A DNA stretch of 64,000 nt from Pseudomonadota bacterium (GCA_038134595.1 JAYPVM010000004.1:157882-221881), one strand, 5' to 3'. Shown: positions 38,846 through 49,959, numbered from the stretch's first letter. Program-made: numbers and translations. The notes: generated from the sequence alone by a model not told the origin.

Positions 38846-40243
38846 ATGCTGCCGTCAGCAACTATAAAGGATATCAACGCGGGATTAATCGGGCTAGGCG
38901 TTTGTGAAATCGCCGGTTGGGTTAAGTCCCATCGGCAGTCGAAGAGGGTTTCGTTTGTTGCATTAACCGATGGAACGTGTGCCTCGCAATTGCAGTTGGT
39001 GATTGATCCATCGTTGGAAAGTTATGCCGATAGAATTGCCAGTTTTCAGACGGGAGCCTCTATCCGAGCAAAAGGCGAATTGGTTCTGTCCCCAGCAAAA
39101 GGACAGAAGTATGAATTTCAGGTTCATGAGATCGACATTATCGGAGAAAGCGATCCAGAGCAGTTTCCTTTGCAGAAAAAGAATCACACACTGGAGTTTT
39201 TACGTGAGAATCTGCACCTGCGTCCGAGAACTAATGTTATGGGAGCCGTCTTGCGGGTGCGCTCGGCCGCCTCGTTTGCTGTGCACAAATTTTTTACCGA
39301 GCGAGGATTTTTTTATCTCCACGCGCCGATAATCAGCACCTCTGATTGTGAAGGAGCTGGAGAGATGTTTCATATCTCTACACTCGATATGAATAATCCA
39401 CCCCGGGTAAACGGCAAGGTTGATTACTCACAAGACTTCTTTAGGGAGCCTGCGAGTTTAACAGTGTCAGGGCAGCTTGAGGGTGAGGTGTGCGCGATGG
39501 GGTTATCGAAGATATATACCTTTGGCCCAACGTTTCGCGCAGAGAATTCGAATACGACAAGACACCTAGCCGAATTCTGGATGATAGAGCCAGAGATGGC
39601 TTTTTATGAATTAGCCGACAACATCAAGCTAGCACAGGAGTTTGTTCAAAGTGTCCTCAAACAGGTTTTGGAAACTTCCGCAGATGATATTGCTCTGCTG
39701 ATGGAGCAAGATTGGATCAAGCCTGGTCATCTTGAAAACCTCACAAATGTAGCACAAGCAAGATTCGAGCAGCTATCGTACACAGAGGCGATTTCGATTT
39801 TAGAGCGTAGTGGTAGGTCTTTTGAGTTTCCGGTCTCATGGGGAATCGATCTCCAAGCCGAGCATGAGCGATATTTAACTGACGAGCATGTTAAGGGCCC
39901 CGTGGTGGTAACCGACTATCCAAAGGAGATTAAAGCGTTTTATATGCGGTTAAACGAAGATGACAAAACCGTACGCGCTATGGATCTGCTTGTGCCGAGG
40001 CTAGGAGAGATTATCGGAGGTTCTCAGAGAGAAGAGCGTTATGACGTGCTTCTTGCTAAGATAAGAGAGTTAGGGCTCGATGAATCAACCTATTGGTGGT
40101 ACCTAGAGCTTCGCAAATTTGGCACTGTGCCGCACTCGGGCTTTGGGCTCGGTTTTGAGAGGTTGCTGATGTACATCACGGGCATGCAAAACATTCGAGA
40201 CGTTATTCCTTTTCCGAGATTTCCTGGATTTGCCAAATTCTAG
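38846..40243 (+). CDS. asnS: Asparagine-tRNA ligase
   Basis: [62 protein letters not shown]. Confidence 0.98.
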   Translation: MLPSATIKDINAGLIGLGVCEIAGWVKSHRQSKRVSFVALTDGTCASQLQLVIDPSLESYADRIASFQTGASIRAKGELVLSPAKGQKYEFQVHEIDIIGESDPEQFPLQKKNHTLEFLRENLHLRPRTNVMGAVLRVRSAASFAVHKFFTERGFFYLHAPIISTSDCEGAGEMFHISTLDMNNPPRVNGKVDYSQDFFREPASLTVSGQLEGEVCAMGLSKIYTFGPTFRAENSNTTRHLAEFWMIEPEMAFYELADNIKLAQEFVQSVLKQVLETSADDIALLMEQDWIKPGHLENLTNVAQARFEQLSYTEAISILERSGRSFEFPVSWGIDLQAEHERYLTDEHVKGPVVVTDYPKEIKAFYMRLNEDDKTVRAMDLLVPRLGEIIGGSQREERYDVLLAKIRELGLDESTYWWYLELRKFGTVPHSGFGLGFERLLMYITGMQNIRDVIPFPRFPGFAKF

Positions 40244-40355
40244 ATAAAACAGTGCCGGGTCTTAAGCCCTTATGGGGCGACGAAATAGGAATGTGGCAGC
40301 GCGGTTTTCTGTGCTATAATCAAAAGGTGGTAGAAATTACTTCCTACTTGATGAT

Positions 40356-41555
40356 GTGATGAAAACGCAAGAATTCATAGACCTCACTGAAAAGTTTTCA
40401 GCGCACAACTACGCACCGCTTCCGGTTGTGCTGTCCTCTGCTGAGGGGGCCTGGGTAACTGATGTGGAGGGTAGGCGATACCTCGATCTGCTTAGCGCGT
40501 ATAGCGCCCTAAATTTTGGACACCGAAATGCTCGCATCACAGCAGCTGCGCATCGCCAACTTGATGTGCTGACTTTGACTAGTCGTGCTGTGTATTCCGA
40601 AAACTTTGCGTTGTTCTGCCAAGAGCTCGCAACGCTTTGTAAAAAAGATAAAGTGTTGCCGATGAACTCCGGAGCAGAGGCTGTGGAGACCGCAATTAAG
40701 GCGACTCGAAAGTGGGGGTATGAAGTAAAAGGTATTCCATCTGATAAGGCAGAGATAATTGTTTGTAAGGATAACTTCCACGGACGCACTATTGCCATTG
40801 TTGGCTTTAGTACCTCTGAGGAGAGCTGGAAGGGTTTTGGCCCCTTTACCGGAGGATTTAAAGTTGTAGAGCATGGGTCAATCGAAGCAGTAAAAAATGC
40901 TATCACGCCACACACTGCAGGAGTTTTGTTTGAGCCCATACTCGGAGAAGGCGGCTATATCATACCTCCGGAGGGTTTTTTGAAAGATCTTCGAGCGGTG
41001 TGTAGCGAGCATAATGTGTTAATGATTGCGGATGAAATTCAAACCGGTCTGTGTCGAACCGGCGAGATATTTGCTTGTGACCACGAGGGGGTAATTCCGG
41101 ATATTTTCGTTCTTGGGAAATCTCTCGGAGGAGGCATTATGCCGTTGTCTGCGATTGCAGCAGATGATGCTGTAATGAACGTGTTTACTCCGGGTAGTCA
41201 TGGAAGTACCTTTGGAGGAAATCCATTGGCAAGCGCAATCGGACGAGAGGTGATCGCCCTTATTCGTGAAGAGGAGCCCCACAAGAAGGCCGCAGAGCTC
41301 GGATCGTACATTATCGAGAGAATTAGTGCGATGAATGTAACGGCGGTGACAGCGGTTCGTGCGCGCGGATTGATGGTTGGTATTGATGTTGATATGAAAC
41401 GAGGCAAAGCAAAAGATTTTTGCAAAGCGCTTTTGAACGAGGGCGTTATATGTAAGGACACCCGTGTTCAAAGTATTCGAGTTGCACCACCGTTGTGTGT
41501 CTCTAAAGACGATTTAGATTGGGCTCTTGAACGGTTTGAGCGGGTATTAGCCTAG
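40356..41555 (+). CDS. rocD: Ornithine aminotransferase
   Basis: AHNYAPLPVV, LSAYSALNFGH, MNSGAEAVETA.K, NFHGRT, DEIQTGL.RTG, LGKSLGGG, HGSTFGGNPL. Confidence 0.95.
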   Translation: MMKTQEFIDLTEKFSAHNYAPLPVVLSSAEGAWVTDVEGRRYLDLLSAYSALNFGHRNARITAAAHRQLDVLTLTSRAVYSENFALFCQELATLCKKDKVLPMNSGAEAVETAIKATRKWGYEVKGIPSDKAEIIVCKDNFHGRTIAIVGFSTSEESWKGFGPFTGGFKVVEHGSIEAVKNAITPHTAGVLFEPILGEGGYIIPPEGFLKDLRAVCSEHNVLMIADEIQTGLCRTGEIFACDHEGVIPDIFVLGKSLGGGIMPLSAIAADDAVMNVFTPGSHGSTFGGNPLASAIGREVIALIREEEPHKKAAELGSYIIERISAMNVTAVTAVRARGLMVGIDVDMKRGKAKDFCKALLNEGVICKDTRVQSIRVAPPLCVSKDDLDWALERFERVLA

Positions 41556-41592
41556 ACTGCCGTACAAAAGAGGCTCGCCCACATTCCTATTT

Positions 41593-42708
41593 TTATCGGC
41601 CAGCTAGCCCGGCTAGAGCTAGCTCATCATAAAAATGTTTTCCGAATTCGTTTGCGAGGAATTTGTTGAAGTCGATATCTTCGACCCTAATCATTCCGGA
41701 TTTGTTTCTTAGATCTGAGGTTAGGATAAGGTCGATGACGCCACATACCCCAGCTGCTGTCGTAATTTGAATTGCACCAAAGTGCGTGTCGCCAATTGAC
41801 GTATGGTATACCCGGCTCACATAACTTTTTTGAGTGCGTTTTGCTCCCTGCATTCCCACAGCTTCGACAACGACGAGACACTCATCCTGAGTAGTTGCGG
41901 GAAGAGATCGCTCGAAGATTCTACAAAGATTTTCACGATCGGCTAAGAATTTTAGGTCATGAAGGAGAAAATGAACGAGGTCTCTGTGGCCAGGATATCG
42001 AATCGACTTGTAGTTAAGGTTACTAATCTTACCGCTCATCGAAGAGCATAACGTCCCTAGTCCGCCTGACGTATTAAATGCTTCATATTCTACTCCATCT
42101 AGCGTAAACCGCTCATAGCCTTCAAGGGGAGGGACCAGCGATAGTTGCCCCCCAGCGAGCACTTCACACGGATTGCAGTATTCATTGATAAGCCCCTCTG
42201 TTGACCAAGTGAGGTTGTATTTTAATCTATTCATAGGATACATCGGTAGAGCTCCAACGCGAAGTTTAAGCGATTCTACCGAATCAAATAGCGTGCAAAG
42301 ATACGCGCCTGCTAGACTGATGAATCCTGGAGCTAGCCCGCATTGGGGTGCAAACCAAGAACGAGCTGATGTTGCAAGATGAGAGATTGCTTGTGTTGTT
42401 TTTACATCCTCGGTGAGATCGGCGTAGTTCACATCACAATCTGCGGCTACTTGAGCAACCGCTATATTGCAGGAATAGGGCAGTGCGCTCAGTACAGTGG
42501 AACATCCTTTAAGCAAATCTCGTATGCTTTTCGGATCGTTTAAATTAAGATGGTGTGCAGTGCAACCCTGCCATGAGTTGGCGATTCTTTGGGCCTGTTC
42601 TAGATTTGCGTCGCATACGCGCACTGAGTAGCGTCCAGATTGAGTAAAAAGCGCAGCAATCGCCTCACCTATCTTTCCAGCCCCAAAAAGTGCAATCGTG
42701 TGATGCAT
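41593..42708 (-). CDS. Saccharopine dehydrogenase family / lysine 6-dehydrogenase-like
   Basis: GAGKIG, DLTEDV, QCGLAPG, YNLTWSTEGLINEY, YEAFNTSGGLGT, IRYPGH, IQITTA. Confidence 0.9.
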   Translation of the reverse strand: MHHTIALFGAGKIGEAIAALFTQSGRYSVRVCDANLEQAQRIANSWQGCTAHHLNLNDPKSIRDLLKGCSTVLSALPYSCNIAVAQVAADCDVNYADLTEDVKTTQAISHLATSARSWFAPQCGLAPGFISLAGAYLCTLFDSVESLKLRVGALPMYPMNRLKYNLTWSTEGLINEYCNPCEVLAGGQLSLVPPLEGYERFTLDGVEYEAFNTSGGLGTLCSSMSGKISNLNYKSIRYPGHRDLVHFLLHDLKFLADRENLCRIFERSLPATTQDECLVVVEAVGMQGAKRTQKSYVSRVYHTSIGDTHFGAIQITTAAGVCGVIDLILTSDLRNKSGMIRVEDIDFNKFLANEFGKHFYDELALAGLAGR

Positions 42709-43100
42709 GTCCGTTTGAACCTTTTTAAAAACACCTCGGTTGTGTACGCGAATTCGACGTACGCCGAGCCTTCAATCGTGGAAGTATCTCGATGGTAACA
42801 GATAAAACGAGCACTTACTTTGATTAACAAAAAGCTTATTCCTTAATGATAGCACGATTTCACCTCCGGTGCTGGACAAATTCCGCCAGACTAATGCAGC
42901 TGGGAGATTCTGATCCTATTAGCCGCGACCGGTTGGGGGCTTTGAATGTTGGTGGATGATCTACTGATTTTTCATAGTGAGGGAAGGTTTTGAAATAACA
43001 GGGAAAAAATGCAGGTGCCAGATATTCTCGCGATATCATGCCGAAACACTGAAAGAAACCGGAGGAAATAGCGGAACGTCGTTTCGCAGGATAAACCCGG

Positions 43101-45362
43101 TTATCCTGCGAAAGCTCTCTGCGACATGATCTCTGAAAGAGCGAGTTGCTCCTCTGCTTTATCCAGAGGGAGAGCGTAGTGTTTGCGTGAATGTGCGATG
43201 CACTCCTTGATAAAGGCTTCGTCAATCCGAGGCTTAATAATATCAAGAGTTCTTCCTGAGAAGGAATCTTGAACCTCCCCATCAACGCTAATTTTTGCGT
43301 AAAATTCTCGAAGGCCTAAGTTAAGAAGGTTCTCGGCGCTGATGAGCGGTTTTAACTCGTTTGCGACTGCCGCACCATCCTCGGAGCCAAGGCGAAAGGA
43401 AATAAGATTTGCCACATTACCAAATACAGTATCGGTTGCTCCGCTCGGGAGTTGTCCTAAAAACTGATTGGCAAACGTCATGCACAACCTATACTTTCGA
43501 GATTCGCTTAGTATTTCACCAAAGGAATCTGTTGCAAAATTCTGAAACTCATCGATGTAGAAATAAAAGTCTTGCCGCTCAGTAATCTCTTGATCGGCTC
43601 GAGACATGGCAGCCTCATAAATTTTCCAGATGATGAGGGAGCCTAATAGCGAGGCGTTTTCTGCGCCTAAAACGCCCTTTGATACCTTACACAGAACTAT
43701 TTTCCGAGAGTCCATGAATTCTCTGAAATCGAACGCATTAGTCGACTGTCCTAAAATATTTCGAACCATGTCGGTAGCAAGAAGTTCGTCTAATTTGTTG
43801 AGTAGTTGGGATATAGGACCAGTTTCTAATTCCTCACGCCTGGCAGGGAACTCAACTTCCCAAAACCTCTTGACTGCATCATCCTTGGTATTTTTAACGA
43901 TTTCAGCTCTAAAACTATCGTCAGAGAGGATTCTCCGTAGAGACACTACGCTAGACCCGGGTACATCGAGTAAAGCGATAAGAGCATAGCGCAAAACATA
44001 ATCCATTTTGTCTGACCACTCTGAATCAAGCACCTTCTTAAAGGTATCGATAAATCCCAGAGTCACGCGCATCTTTTGGTCTGCTTTCGTCGGAATCATT
44101 GGATTAAAACTCGGGGGATGAGCCAAGTCGCTTGGATCGAAAATTACAACATCCTTAATCCGGTTACGGGGAACAAATCGGATAACGTCATCAATCAAGT
44201 CTCCGTGCGGATCAAGAACGGCACATCCGTAGCCCTGTTCTATGTCGTTGCGCACGAGTAATTCTAAAAGACTTGATTTCCCGTTACCAGATTTTCCGAG
44301 AGCGTAGAGATGGCGTCGACGGTCGAAACGTCTAATTCCAAAATTTAGGTGCTTATCTCGGTAGTTGGTTCTTCCAATAAAGCTTATTTGCGGGTCACCT
44401 TCCATTGTTGGAAGATTTCGTGGTGGAGGAGTCTTCTTCGATAAGACTTGCGCTGTATTCGGAAGCGTCATCAAGGTAGGTGGATGCCACATGGTGGCAA
44501 GTTCTTGTATCGAAGCCTTAAACGGGGCCCGAAATCGCCGCTCATTTACCATTCGTTCGACACTCTTTCCATAGCGAATTGGCGAACGTTGAAATCTATT
44601 CTCATGGAGTGCATTGAGAACTTTCGCCGCGTTTGAAAGCATAATCAAGGTAGATCTAGCTCGTTGCCGCGTTTTTCTAACGTCGGTATTGGAGGGATTA
44701 TCCGGAAGTTGTGCGCGCGTGCTGATTCGGTAATTGACGAGGTAGAAGGGGGCAGCACATTTGGTAATAATTTTCTTTTGAGTTTCTGCGTAATCGTGAT
44801 TTCGAAGCCACATCGAGGGGCGAAGGTGATGCACGCCTGCTTCTAGTAATCGTCTGAGTTTTCGTTCTATCTGCGCGCCCGTGGTGAATGGCATTGGACG
44901 TGCGATGACTTGAATCAGAGCTGTATCTCCATCTGGAATCCGACCGAGTGCGGTTACGATTGGCGTCAATGAATCCCATGCAAAATCTTTGTATGTTTGA
45001 AGAGGATAGATGTCTGGCAACTCAAGTCCGAGATCGAGTCCTGCGATTATGGAGTTTTCTGGATGAATACTCGTTGGATCGGCACTGGCTACGGCTTCCA
45101 TATCCCCCAGGTATCCATAGATACTTGTACATATCCGATCTACTGTTGATCTCTCACCGGTGAGATATAGGTAGACACAGTTGTCTTTTGCAAACAGTTC
45201 CATGGAGAATGGTGCGGTGGAGCTCGATTGTATGTCTTCGAGTTGTCCGTGGAAGAAATGAGCTGGAGAGAGATTAAAGGTTGTTTCGATGACCGCGGAG
45301 TCTAGAGTTGTAATCTTGGGGGGGATGCGAAGAAGTACTGTGTACACTTTGTTATCTCCCAT
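43101..45362 (-). CDS. VirD4/TrwB (type IV coupling protein)-like ATPase
   Basis: DRRRHLY..GKSGNGKS (Walker A), LDPHGD, FNP, YIDEFQNF (Walker B), ESRKY....ANQ...QL, FGNV...ISFRLG. Confidence 0.85.
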   Translation of the reverse strand: MGDNKVYTVLLRIPPKITTLDSAVIETTFNLSPAHFFHGQLEDIQSSSTAPFSMELFAKDNCVYLYLTGERSTVDRICTSIYGYLGDMEAVASADPTSIHPENSIIAGLDLGLELPDIYPLQTYKDFAWDSLTPIVTALGRIPDGDTALIQVIARPMPFTTGAQIERKLRRLLEAGVHHLRPSMWLRNHDYAETQKKIITKCAAPFYLVNYRISTRAQLPDNPSNTDVRKTRQRARSTLIMLSNAAKVLNALHENRFQRSPIRYGKSVERMVNERRFRAPFKASIQELATMWHPPTLMTLPNTAQVLSKKTPPPRNLPTMEGDPQISFIGRTNYRDKHLNFGIRRFDRRRHLYALGKSGNGKSSLLELLVRNDIEQGYGCAVLDPHGDLIDDVIRFVPRNRIKDVVIFDPSDLAHPPSFNPMIPTKADQKMRVTLGFIDTFKKVLDSEWSDKMDYVLRYALIALLDVPGSSVVSLRRILSDDSFRAEIVKNTKDDAVKRFWEVEFPARREELETGPISQLLNKLDELLATDMVRNILGQSTNAFDFREFMDSRKIVLCKVSKGVLGAENASLLGSLIIWKIYEAAMSRADQEITERQDFYFYIDEFQNFATDSFGEILSESRKYRLCMTFANQFLGQLPSGATDTVFGNVANLISFRLGSEDGAAVANELKPLISAENLLNLGLREFYAKISVDGEVQDSFSGRTLDIIKPRIDEAFIKECIAHSRKHYALPLDKAEEQLALSEIMSQRAFAG

Positions 45363-45388
45363 TACCGATCAAAAACCATCTAATGTCC

Positions 45389-45415
45389 GTATCGGAACAT
45401 TGCTTTCTATGCTTT
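45389..45415 (-). promoter_or_regulatory. Candidate sigma-28 promoter of the VirD4-like gene
   Basis: Minus strand AAAG-N15-TCCGATAC, 26 nt upstream of the start codon. Confidence 0.4.
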
Positions 45416-46079
45416 TGCCAAGCCCCTAGTGCTCTATAGATAAGAGCCCTGTAGTTCCGGGAAAGGCAAGAATCTCCTTTAATAATGGCCTGTCGGCTGT
45501 ATGTCACAGTACATTGATAGAATGTGTTCATCGCGAATCTCTTTTGGCCTAAAAGAAGATGCTTTTTGCCCATGCTCCTACCGATTTCTCGTGAAAATAG
45601 GTAGTTAACACGATTAGTGTTACGCATATCGTCATCTCTGTTTCACTAGAATGAGGGAATAGGTAGTCTTAATCAAGGGTTGAATGCGGATTGCCCATTC
45701 TTAGCTCGAGCACTTCATGTAATTGGACCAAAATCGGTAAAAAACTCAGTAAGAAGCGCTTTTGTAGGTCGGTCCGTGAAGTCGGGATTCTTCCAGGGCA
45801 GATTGTTGATACGAAGTTGTCGTAACGACAGCTTTCTCTTTACATTGCGTGTTAAGTGAAGTGGGGTCTTGGAGACAACCGCATAGGTTGGGCCGTCTTG
45901 AATAAATAGACGCTTCCTTGATAATCATGAATACGTGAGCTTTTATTGCCATCGCAGGAGTAGTAGGTAATTGTCGTACGTTACAGAATCGTACTAGACT
46001 CCTTCAGAAAAGAGAACGTTGCTTTATGTTTCAGATTGTTTGCATTTAGGCACCAAAATCCTCAGCGATAACCTAGTAT

Positions 46080-47279
46080 GTGTATGCTATGTCGGGAGAA
46101 AACATTACTTTACAGGATATACAGCGTCTTCAAAGCGCACTCAAAATTAGAGGAGTTGTGCAGAAATACGCTTGGGGAAAGGTCGGGCGCCGTTCCCGAG
46201 TTGCGAGATTCGTTACGGATGTTGTGCCAGATGAGAGGCTTGCCGAGTACTGGCTCGGAGTGCATGAGCGAGGCTCGGCACAGATAGTGCTTCCCGAGGG
46301 CGGTTTGTGCGATTTAGTCCGTATCCTTCCTCAAGATAATCCACTCCCATTTTTGCTCAAAGTTCTTTCGATAGACGAATCTTTAGGGCTCTCCATTCAA
46401 TCGCATCCGGATAGGGCGCTTGCGGGGCGTCTGCACAAGAGATCGCCGGAGCATTATCCCGATGTAAATCACAAACCAGAGCTAGGCGTTGCTCTGAGCC
46501 CGGTTGAGATCTTATACGGATTTAAGTCGTTGGCGGAGTTGCTCTCGGTATTGGAGTGTCTTCCAATGGTCAAGTCCGTTTTTCCGCAATCGGTAGCTAG
46601 TGACTTAGCGCAGTGTTCCAGAGAGGCTAATGGTGAACTTCTAAAGAGAATTTTTTCGTCGGTTTTACGAGCCGATTCGATACTCGTTTCAAATGTTGTA
46701 CGAGAGATTGTCGCTGCGGAGCCGGGAATTTGCGCCGAGCGAGACATAATTGCTCGTCTAAGCAAAGCCCACGGTGAATCAGATCCTGGACTTATAGCGG
46801 TTATACTGATGAATATAGTGTCCCTAGCAGAAGGTGAGGGTGTTTTTATAGCGCCGAACGTTCCGCACGCCTATCTATCAGGGGATTTGATCGAGTGTAT
46901 GGCTTGTTCCGATAATGTTATTCGTGCTGGATTGACACAGAAGCACTGTGATATCGACACGCTTATTGCCACCTGCGCTTATGATAGTATCGGCATGCCC
47001 CCATTGACCTTGCAAGCTTTGCAGGATTCGGGAGTAACTAAATTTGAAGTGCCGGTTGATGATTTTGAACTCGGAGTTGTTCCGACCGGAAAGAGCGCTA
47101 GGCTTGTCGATAGCTCGAGACATCGAATCTTACTTTCAGTCGACGGAATATCTGAAATTTGTAACCATGAGAGTGGAGCCACAATTACGCTTGCAGATGG
47201 AGAGGCGGCTCTATTGGTTGCCGATAGTGGAGGCTATGAGTGTCGGTGCGTTAGTGGCCGAGTGTTTATTGCCTCGTAG
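46080..47279 (+). CDS. manA: Mannose-6-phosphate isomerase, class I
   Basis: QKYAWGK, AEYWLGVH, LPFLLKVL, LSIQSHPD, YPDVNHKPE, PHAYLSG...ECMACSDNVIRAGLT.K. Confidence 0.95.
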   Translation: MYAMSGENITLQDIQRLQSALKIRGVVQKYAWGKVGRRSRVARFVTDVVPDERLAEYWLGVHERGSAQIVLPEGGLCDLVRILPQDNPLPFLLKVLSIDESLGLSIQSHPDRALAGRLHKRSPEHYPDVNHKPELGVALSPVEILYGFKSLAELLSVLECLPMVKSVFPQSVASDLAQCSREANGELLKRIFSSVLRADSILVSNVVREIVAAEPGICAERDIIARLSKAHGESDPGLIAVILMNIVSLAEGEGVFIAPNVPHAYLSGDLIECMACSDNVIRAGLTQKHCDIDTLIATCAYDSIGMPPLTLQALQDSGVTKFEVPVDDFELGVVPTGKSARLVDSSRHRILLSVDGISEICNHESGATITLADGEAALLVADSGGYECRCVSGRVFIAS

Positions 47280-47400
47280 CGCTTTGCATGACAGCGATTG
47301 CTCTGCGAGGATATGAGATTGTTGGATAGTAGCACAAATACCAAAAATTAGGGGTTTTAGCCCGTAGGAAGACTCTATAGACTAGTGTTAGACGGCGCGA

Positions 47401-47427
47401 AAAGCTGAGCAATGTGCTCACCGATAG
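47401..47427 (+). promoter_or_regulatory. Candidate sigma-28 promoter
   Basis: AAAG-N15-ACCGATAG upstream of the UGPase gene. Confidence 0.4.
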
Positions 47428-47595
47428 GCTTCAAAAGCCTGCAAAAAAGCTAATTTCTTGTTGCGTGCGAGGGCTAGTTAGTGCTTGGTTGTTTTGAGGT
47501 CTGGGAAGAAGACTGCGGTCATCGGAGCCATCGGAGTTTGCGCAGTTCTAATGGATAATTACAGGTCTTATGTAACTGATGGGTTGGGAGAGGAC

Positions 47596-49041
47596 ATGGA
47601 AGAGGTAAAGACAGGACTGCAGAAGGCTGCAGCGCGCATGAGGGATGTAGAACTACCAGAAGCTGTCATCAAAAACTTTGAAAGACTTTTTGCCGACGTC
47701 CTGCACGGTAAGACCGGGATTATTACAGAGGAAGAGATTGAGCCTGTAACTAATGTAACAGCTTTCGAGGAGATTGAAGGTTGTGAAGAGACAGTGTCGC
47801 ACGGGCAGGATTTATTGCGCTCCCTAGCTGTCATACGCTTAAACGGGGGGCTCGGGACAACCATGGGGCTCGATAGAGCCAAGTCTCTTTTAGCGGTCAA
47901 AGAAGGCTTGTCTTTCAATGACATTATAGCCAGGCAGATACTCGATCTTCGCAAACGTTTCAACGTTGAGATTCCGCTTGTGCATATGACGAGCTTTTCA
48001 ACTGATAGAGATGTATGTGAGGCAATGGCGGCATATCCTGAGTTAAGCCCCGATGACTTGCCCGTATCATTTCTTCAGCATCGACACCCCAAGATCTATG
48101 CTGACACGATGACTCCTGCCAATGAAGCAGACGATGAGTTAAACTGGAATCCCCCGGGACACGGTGATATTTACGCAGCACTTCTCGCGTCAGGCTTGGC
48201 GCAAAAGTTACTTGATTCAGGGAGACGGTATGTATTTGTAGCGAATGCAGATAACTTAGGGGCAACCATTGAACCTGCAATCCTCGGTTTCTTTGCGAAA
48301 AGTGGAGCTCCATTTTTGATGGAGACAGCCGAGCGAACTGCCGCCGATGCAAAGGGGGGACACCTAGCTAGACGACGTGATTCTGGAAGACTGGTGCTAC
48401 GAGAAAGTAGTCAGGCACCAACTCTACCTGAGGGGGGTGTTATTCCGGATTTTCGGGATATTACCAAATACCGCCATTTTAACACCAACAATATCTGGCT
48501 CGATTTACAAGCGGTAGCTGATGAAGCACGTAAGCACGATGGAAGTATTCCACTGCCACTTATTGCCAACAAGAAGACAGTTAACCCTCGAGATCGTTTA
48601 AGTAGAAAGGTGATTCAAATTGAATCTGCGATGGGCGCAGCGATTGAGGTATTTGAAGGATCGGTAGCTTTGCAAGTTCCTCGTTCGAGATTTGCGCCAG
48701 TAAAATCAAATAACGATCTTCTCGTCGTTCGCTCGGATGTATACCGTTTAGGCTCTGATTTCAGGTTAGAGGTAAATCCCGATAGAACGTGCTTAGGTCT
48801 GCCGCTGGTGTCTCTAGAGAATAAGTACTTTGGACTCATCTCAGATTTTGAACAGCGAATACAGGTAATCCCTTCCTTGCTGCATGCTGTAAGTTTATCA
48901 GTTGAGGGCGATGTGTCTTTTGTGCGTCCACTTGAGATTAGAGGAAGAGTGAGCGTTGTTGCGGGCTCTGAAGTGGCGACAACCATTCCTGAAGGTCAGG
49001 AGCAAATTGTCGACACAGAGGTTGTTTTGTCTGAATTGTAA
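47596..49041 (+). CDS. UTP-glucose-1-phosphate uridylyltransferase, eukaryote-type (UDPGP family)
   Basis: LNGGLGTTMGLDRAKS, WNPPGHGDIY, NADNLGA, KGGHL, FNTNNIW, ESAMGAAI, RFAPVK. ATG at 47596 after GGAGAGG. Confidence 0.92.
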   Translation: MEEVKTGLQKAAARMRDVELPEAVIKNFERLFADVLHGKTGIITEEEIEPVTNVTAFEEIEGCEETVSHGQDLLRSLAVIRLNGGLGTTMGLDRAKSLLAVKEGLSFNDIIARQILDLRKRFNVEIPLVHMTSFSTDRDVCEAMAAYPELSPDDLPVSFLQHRHPKIYADTMTPANEADDELNWNPPGHGDIYAALLASGLAQKLLDSGRRYVFVANADNLGATIEPAILGFFAKSGAPFLMETAERTAADAKGGHLARRRDSGRLVLRESSQAPTLPEGGVIPDFRDITKYRHFNTNNIWLDLQAVADEARKHDGSIPLPLIANKKTVNPRDRLSRKVIQIESAMGAAIEVFEGSVALQVPRSRFAPVKSNNDLLVVRSDVYRLGSDFRLEVNPDRTCLGLPLVSLENKYFGLISDFEQRIQVIPSLLHAVSLSVEGDVSFVRPLEIRGRVSVVAGSEVATTIPEGQEQIVDTEVVLSEL

Positions 49042-49236
49042 CAAACAAGAAAGACAGCAGGGGGCGCACGATATGGGGCCGAAAGTCTTTTTAATTTGTC
49101 TTGAATAGTCTCCCAGCCCTCTGATCATCAGGCCTTAGTGCCATAAGAATAGAGTAAAGTGCAGCAGGAGCCCAATCAAATACAATCTTTTTTTCGAGAG
49201 TATTGTTGGGCGATAGTCATCTGCCGCATCTGTGCC

Positions 49237-49959
49237 TTAGCCGATAGTTGCTGGTAAGGCGTTACGGAGTCGATTTACTTTTTCTTCTAGCTCCTCAGGT
49301 ATTTTTGCCGTTCGAGTTGTTTGTCGAAGCCCGTAAAATGCCCGTTCATCGCTATCGTCTCGTGTAATGCTTACTCCGTCTATACTTGCTCCCATGAACA
49401 ATCCTTGGCTTCGAGAGTATGCAATAACCTCAGCTTGAGGGGAGGGGACCGTTTTATCAAACGAGCCTGCTACAGCACTTAGTTCTCCTCCGACCTTGAA
49501 ACTTCCTTTCTGAAGAGCCTCAGCAGCTCGTTGTCCAACGATATACAGAACCATATCGGCCGACTTCACTCCAGCTTGGAGGCCAACGCTACCCCCAATA
49601 AGATTTAAGAACATCGGGTTTTCCCACTCGCCATCGGCAGTTTTACAAAATCCGACGCCATCACCGTGTGTGCCCCCTAAACCTGCCGAAATCGTGACGG
49701 TATCGGGAAATATCGCAACACACTTTGTTCTTTGTAGGATAGACGGCGGCACCTTTCCTAATTTTCCTTGTGAGATCTCCTGATAGAGTTCCGTTGATTT
49801 AGCAAGGACAAGTTCCGCCTCTTTGAATGCCCGTGATTGGCGATTAACTCGGACGTCTTCGGCCTGAGAGGAAGGTGTATCCACTAGTAATCCAAATAGG
49901 CAAACAGCAGTGGCTGTAGTGAATCGAAACATAGTTTTTATTAGCGAAGATGTATTCAT
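49237..49959 (-). CDS. Lipid-binding SYLF/Ysc84 domain protein
   Basis: VP..IL....CVAIFP, GG..G.G, GGSVGLQAG, YSRSQGLF.G.S.DG, FYG. ATG at 49959 after AGGAG. Confidence 0.9.
   Translation of the reverse strand: MNTSSLIKTMFRFTTATAVCLFGLLVDTPSSQAEDVRVNRQSRAFKEAELVLAKSTELYQEISQGKLGKVPPSILQRTKCVAIFPDTVTISAGLGGTHGDGVGFCKTADGEWENPMFLNLIGGSVGLQAGVKSADMVLYIVGQRAAEALQKGSFKVGGELSAVAGSFDKTVPSPQAEVIAYSRSQGLFMGASIDGVSITRDDSDERAFYGLRQTTRTAKIPEELEEKVNRLRNALPATIG

Noticed and set aside
42860..43285. 141-aa ORF overlapping the VirD4-like 3' end
   Set aside because: Out-of-frame overlap and no motifs.
45352..45952. Small ORFs in the long intergenic region
   Set aside because: No RBS or family features; cannot be supported.
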